Assembly (NCBI GenBank): GCA_963706325.1
Contig: CAVPLT010000004.1
Coordinates: 768,001-832,000 of the forward strand
Reading direction: 5' to 3'
DNA length: 64,000 nucleotides
Source: an uncultured Nitrospiraceae bacterium
GTDB lineage: Bacteria; Nitrospirota; Nitrospiria; Nitrospirales; Nitrospiraceae
Position 1 is the first letter of the stretch; each line of letters starts with the position of its first letter. The notes below the pieces were generated by a model, which searched no databases, had not been told where the DNA came from, and worked only from the letters and a program-made list of their open reading frames with translations. Of the stretch, positions 59,825 to 64,000 are shown one piece after another. The position numbers and the translations under genes were made by a program.

Positions 59825-62428
59825 ATGGGTCTTCGGCAGTATTGGAAAAAACGCGACTTCAAGCAAACACCCGAACCGCGAGGGAAAGAGGTTCCGCCTC
59901 AAGGCCGGTTGCAGTTCGTCATTCAAAAACATGCCGCAAGCCGTCTCCATTATGACTTTCGGCTCGAATTGGATGGCACGTTGAAAAGCTGGGCCGTCCC
60001 CAAGGGGCCCAGCTTGGATCCTGCACAGAAACGGCTGGCCGTGCACGTTGAAGATCATCCGCTTGACTACGCAAGCTTTGAGGGGATCATTCCTGCCAAA
60101 CAATACGGCGGCGGAACGGTGCTGCTCTGGGACCGGGGTTACTGGGAAGCCATTGGCGATGCAGGATCGAGTTACCGTCGCGGACGACTCAAGTTCGTGC
60201 TGCACGGGGAAAAACTGCGCGGTATCTGGAATCTGGTTCGCATGGGTGGTCGACAGGAAGCGGGCAAGGAAAATTGGCTCCTGATTAAGGAAAAGGATGA
60301 GGAAGCGCGCAGTGGGAAAAAAAGCGATGTAACACAGAGCCTTCCGGCGAGCGTCGCAACTGGAAAGAGCATCGAGCAAATTGCCACCGGAAAACATGCG
60401 GTGTGGCAATCTAATAGACCCTCGGATAAACAAGGCCGGGGTGCCAAGGCGCGGCGCCCCGTTAAGAGTGTTTCCGCTCCAGGCGCTGTCAAGGCCGCCC
60501 AAGAAAAATGGGTTGTCCCGCAATTGGCGACGTTGGTCACCGCCTCTCCCGAAGGAGAAGAATGGGTGCACGAACTCAAGTATGACGGGTATCGCATCTT
60601 GTGCCGGATCCAAGGCGGCAGGGCCACATTGCTGACTCGAAATGGAAACGATTGGACCGCCAAGCTGCCCCATATCGCCCGCGCGGCCGCAGACCTTGCG
60701 GTGAAAACAGCCTGGCTTGACGGCGAAGTCGTCGCCTTACTGCCGGACGGGCGCGTCAGCTTCCAAACCCTGCAGAATGCATTCGATACGCATTCCGACA
60801 GCAATTTGGTTTATTTCGTATTTGACCTTCTGTATCTCGACGGCTACGACTTACGGCCCGCCTTGCTGATTGAGCGTAAACGTCTTTTATCGGCCCTGTT
60901 TCAAGACAGCTCCCCGACGGATCTCATTCACTATAGCGATCACATCACCGGCAAGGGGGACGTCGCCTTCACCGAAGCCTGCCGAAGCGGCATGGAGGGG
61001 TTGATTGCCAAACGCGCCGATGCGTCCTATGTGGGGGGGCGAAATCGCAACTGGGTCAAGGTGAAGTGCGGGCGGCGGCAGGAGTTCGTGATCGGGGGAT
61101 TTACCGATCCCTCCGGCTCACGTAGCGGCTTTGGGGCATTGCTGCTCGGGGTCTATGATACGCATGGCCAGCTGCGATTTTCAGGACGCACGGGAACCGG
61201 CTTCTCCCAGCGTTCCTTGAAGGAACTTCACAGCCGACTCAAGAAGCTGGAACAAGATACGTCTCCGTTTTTAAACCCGCCCAGAGAGAGAGGTCTGCAT
61301 TGGGTGAAGCCGACACTGGTAGCCGAGGTCGCTTTCGCTGAATGGACGAATGAAGACCAGTTGAGGCAAGCGTCGTTTCAAGGCCTTCGCGAGGACAAAG
61401 ATCCCCGGAAGGTGATCCACGAGCGACCAGCGCCCGAGGTTTCGCCTGAGATGACGGACAAGCCTTCTCGCTCTCGATCGTGGCGTCGGAAAGAAAAATC
61501 AAAAGGACGACCGTCTTCGAGGAGCGATTCCCAGGAGAGCGCGAATGTCGTCAGCGGTGTGACCCTCAGCCATCCGGACCGAGTGTTGTTTCCCGAGCAA
61601 AGCGTCACCAAACTCGCGCTGGCGCGATATTACGAATCTATCAGCGAATGGATCATCCCGCACGTGGAAGATCGACCATTGACGCTTGTTCGCTGCCCGG
61701 AGGGATACAACAAGGAGTGTTTTTATCAGAAACATGCGAACGATCGCATACCCGAGGCGGTCGGACGCGTCGACATTCCCGAAGATGACGGGACCGCTTC
61801 CTATATGGTGGCGGATTCGCCGGCTGCGCTGGTGGGGCTGGTTCAAATGGGCGTGTTGGAGCTGCATACGTGGGGGTCGAAGCGGGATAAACTCGAACGT
61901 CCGGACCGCATGATCCTCGATCTCGACCCAGATCCCGCGGTCGAGTGGTCTGCCGTCATTGAAGGCGCGCAACTGCTGCGCACCCTGCTGAATGAATTGA
62001 ACCTTGCCTCGTTCGTCAAGACGACGGGCGGGAAGGGCCTTCATATCGTGGTGCCGCTGCAACGCGTCCATACCTGGGACGAGGTGAAGACGTTCTCGAA
62101 AGCGCTTGCCGATCATCTTGTCCATACGATCCCGGAACGTTTCCTCGCAAATATGTCGAAGCACAAGCGCAAGGGGAAAATCTATATCGATTATTTACGC
62201 AACGCGCGGGGCGCGACGGCGGTGGCCGCCTATTCCACCCGGGCTAGGCAAGGCGCGCCGATATCCGTGCCGTTAGCCTGGGAGGAACTGTCGGTCGACC
62301 TGCGATCCGACCATTTCACCATGACCAATTTGCCGGAACGGCTCGGACAGCTGCGTAAAGATCCTTGGAAGGATTATTTTACGGCGAAACAGCGCATCAG
62401 CCGCAAGATGCTCATGAGTTTGGTGTAA
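59825..62428 (+). CDS. ligD: NHEJ DNA ligase D (phosphoesterase - ligase - polymerase)
   Basis: FVIQKHAASRLHYDFRLE (phosphoesterase), ELKYDGYR and EGLIAKR (ligase), LSHPDRVLFP, DLDP, KTTGGKGLH and IDYLRN (polymerase). Confidence 0.96.
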   Translation: MGLRQYWKKRDFKQTPEPRGKEVPPQGRLQFVIQKHAASRLHYDFRLELDGTLKSWAVPKGPSLDPAQKRLAVHVEDHPLDYASFEGIIPAKQYGGGTVLLWDRGYWEAIGDAGSSYRRGRLKFVLHGEKLRGIWNLVRMGGRQEAGKENWLLIKEKDEEARSGKKSDVTQSLPASVATGKSIEQIATGKHAVWQSNRPSDKQGRGAKARRPVKSVSAPGAVKAAQEKWVVPQLATLVTASPEGEEWVHELKYDGYRILCRIQGGRATLLTRNGNDWTAKLPHIARAAADLAVKTAWLDGEVVALLPDGRVSFQTLQNAFDTHSDSNLVYFVFDLLYLDGYDLRPALLIERKRLLSALFQDSSPTDLIHYSDHITGKGDVAFTEACRSGMEGLIAKRADASYVGGRNRNWVKVKCGRRQEFVIGGFTDPSGSRSGFGALLLGVYDTHGQLRFSGRTGTGFSQRSLKELHSRLKKLEQDTSPFLNPPRERGLHWVKPTLVAEVAFAEWTNEDQLRQASFQGLREDKDPRKVIHERPAPEVSPEMTDKPSRSRSWRRKEKSKGRPSSRSDSQESANVVSGVTLSHPDRVLFPEQSVTKLALARYYESISEWIIPHVEDRPLTLVRCPEGYNKECFYQKHANDRIPEAVGRVDIPEDDGTASYMVADSPAALVGLVQMGVLELHTWGSKRDKLERPDRMILDLDPDPAVEWSAVIEGAQLLRTLLNELNLASFVKTTGGKGLHIVVPLQRVHTWDEVKTFSKALADHLVHTIPERFLANMSKHKRKGKIYIDYLRNARGATAVAAYSTRARQGAPISVPLAWEELSVDLRSDHFTMTNLPERLGQLRKDPWKDYFTAKQRISRKMLMSLV

Positions 62429-62466
62429 CTCTATGAATGGGTGGCTAGGGTGGTTAGGTCAGCGAC

Positions 62467-62511
62467 CTGGGGGGAGTGCTAGTAGAGTCAATTCGGCGGT
62501 CCTGGTATCAG
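62467..62511 (+). promoter_or_regulatory. Degenerate palindromic box plus extended -10-like element
   Basis: CTGGG-GGGAGT-GCTAG (2 mismatches), 23-nt gap, TG-g-TATCAG(T). Confidence 0.55.
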
Positions 62512-62556
62512 TGAGCATGACAAATGGCCGGTCATTGATTAACCAAGGAGTGCCGT

Positions 62557-62814
62557 ATGAATGCCACGATGTCCTTCCCGCGGAATAAAAAACACACAGC
62601 GGTTTCCGAGCCAGCTCCATGCGATTCGCCCTTCTGCATGCGGTGCGGAGGTCTGCTGGTCGATGAGCGTTGCATGGATATCGGTGAAAGCCTCGGGGGG
62701 TATTGGTTTATCGCCATGCGCTGCGTGCAATGCGGCGATATCATCGATGAGGTGATCTTGCGGAATCGCTACGCGCATCTCGTCCCGGCTCAGGAGGTTG
62801 TGCGAGCTGCCTGA
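62557..62814 (+). CDS. Small zinc-ribbon-like protein, paralog of 3703..3924
   Basis: CMRCGGLLV.E...D......RCVQCGDIIDEVILRNR; AAGGAG RBS. Confidence 0.78.
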   Translation: MNATMSFPRNKKHTAVSEPAPCDSPFCMRCGGLLVDERCMDIGESLGGYWFIAMRCVQCGDIIDEVILRNRYAHLVPAQEVVRAA

Positions 62815-62852
62815 CAAGCTGCCCGCGCTGTTGTCTGCGAGAAGGAGGCGTT

Positions 62853-63041
62853 ATGGCGCAGTATCTGGATCCGCTCATTCGTTCCGGAGCCATGTGGTCA
62901 TGCGGACGTCAGGAGGGAACCAGATCGCGCCCTGGCTGGTGGTCGAGAGTCTGGAGCTGGCTGGGAGGTAGCCGTCCTGCCCCGCAAAGCTCCAATCTCT
63001 TTCGTAGCCAAATAATTCGACCGGATAAGCCACGGTACTGA
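62853..63041 (+). CDS. Possible small hypothetical protein
   Basis: 62 aa, AAGGAGG RBS, Trp-rich amphipathic segment WWSRVWSWLGG. Confidence 0.45.
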   Translation: MAQYLDPLIRSGAMWSCGRQEGTRSRPGWWSRVWSWLGGSRPAPQSSNLFRSQIIRPDKPRY

Positions 63042-63384
63042 GACGGCATTTTCAGCCTGCCGGAGTCGAGACGGGCTGTTGGACGACAATGGGGAAGTTT
63101 GACTCGACGACACTGACGTAAACCGTATCCGGCGGAATCGGAGCGTGGTCGGCCAGGTCGTTGATGAGACGATGTTTTGTGCGGCGGGCTGGAACAGGGC
63201 CGCGATAGGGCCCGGCTGGTTCGAGATCCGCAAAAATAGAGAGTGATAGAGGCCTCTGCGTCGATGTCGGATGCGTTCAGCAGGCACAACTTTCGTGAAT
63301 GGTCATTTGAGGGGACGGCCCATGACTTTGTGACGGAATATTTCCTTCGGCAAGTAGCCAGCCTGCCAGTCCGCTGGCCTCCAT
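63015..63384 (-). pseudogene. Frameshifted sensory rhodopsin transducer (ASRT)-family gene
   Basis: Stitched across frames: MEASGLAGWLLAEGNIPSQSHGPSPQMTIHES|LCLLNASDIDAEASITLYF|ADLEPAGPYRGPVPARRTKHRLINDLADHAPIPPDTVYVSVVESNFPIVVQ..|RLDS|RQAENA. GAGGAGGAG RBS. The 3' end is approximate. Confidence 0.7.
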
Positions 63385-63409
63385 CACTCCTCCTCTACAT
63401 ATCAACTTG

Positions 63410-64000
63410 TTAGATAATCTCCCGAATTTTATTCTCTACCACTGTCTTCATCAGCTCCCATCGGTTTTCTGTTCCCCGGGCGATGGATTTGGTAAATTGC
63501 CATGCCTGTTCGATCGTAATTTTTCCCGGCAGTGGTGGTTCGAAAGGATCAATGACTGCCTGGACTACGACGGGGCCCGGCATGGAGAAGGCCTGCTGAA
63601 GGACCTGTCTCACCTGTCGGGGATCTTCAACGGTCAATCCCGTGGCTCCGCACGATTGGGCAAAGAGGGCAAAATCGATCGGCTGCAGTTCCACGCCATA
63701 TTGTGGGTTGCCCTCGAATGCCAATTGCTCCCACTTGATCATACCGAGCAGATTGTTTTTTAACACGATGATCTTCACGGGAAGCGCGTACTTCACCAGA
63801 GTAGCCAATTCTCCCATTAACATGGTGAATCCTCCGTCCCCTGCAATACAGACGACCTGGCGGCCTGGATAGGCGATGCCGGCTGCGAGACTGTAGGGGA
63901 GGCCGTTACCCATCGACGCCAGTGTGCCGGAGACGGAAAATTCCATGTCGCCCTTCATGCGGATATGACGCGCGGCCCAGGTTGTGACCGTGCCGGTGTC
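63410..64000 (-). CDS. Thiamine pyrophosphate-dependent enzyme (pyruvate oxidase/PoxB-like), C-terminal part; truncated by the window edge
   Basis: SGTLASMGNGLPY, the TPP motif GDGGFTM...NN.LGMIKWEQ, and DP.EPPLP. Confidence 0.88.
   Translation of the reverse strand, partial: DTGTVTTWAARHIRMKGDMEFSVSGTLASMGNGLPYSLAAGIAYPGRQVVCIAGDGGFTMLMGELATLVKYALPVKIIVLKNNLLGMIKWEQLAFEGNPQYGVELQPIDFALFAQSCGATGLTVEDPRQVRQVLQQAFSMPGPVVVQAVIDPFEPPLPGKITIEQAWQFTKSIARGTENRWELMKTVVENKIREII

Noticed and set aside
3983..62482. The CTAGG-N6-CCTAG copies read as CRISPR repeats, REP/MITE elements or integron attC sites
   Set aside because: Spacing is irregular, the core and flanks are not conserved, there is no cas, integrase or REP-associated transposase, and the copies sit at a fixed distance from -10 elements upstream of genes and not after them.
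1..64000. rRNA, tRNA, CRISPR array, prophage or anti-phage defence system
   Set aside because: No such signatures were recognised by eye. Covariance-model searches were not run.

Overview
The window is a dense general-stress/dormancy gene region from a bacterium with moderately high GC. Several small hypothetical proteins resemble those I associate with Nitrospira, which is inference and not a database result. It encodes glycogen/trehalose enzymes (CBM48 protein, glgC, treY, glgX, treZ, a debranching enzyme, a broken GH15), NHEJ (ku, ligD) with a type IB topoisomerase, and oxidative/metal protection (peroxiredoxin, di-heme cytochrome c, SOD, ferritin-like protein, Cu-storage four-helix protein, a metallothionein missing from the ORF track). 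It also holds classic stress microproteins (CsbD, UPF0391, PRC-barrels) and a signalling set: a ~2,190-aa poly-HAMP hybrid kinase, two paralogous NarX-type (HisKA_3) hybrid kinases and two NarL/FixJ-type response regulators. The main unexplained signal is a 16-bp palindrome, CTAGG-N6-CCTAG. I found 9 perfect copies, 7 with one mismatch and several more degenerate ones, all intergenic. Most lie 23 nt (range 22-24) upstream of a TA-initiated, usually TAnnnT, -10-like hexamer that points at the next gene. This defines a candidate activator-dependent stress regulon that includes its own putative regulators. Several genes carry small frameshifts that look like long-read consensus errors. I saw no rRNA, tRNA or CRISPR array. 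All motif counts were made by eye.
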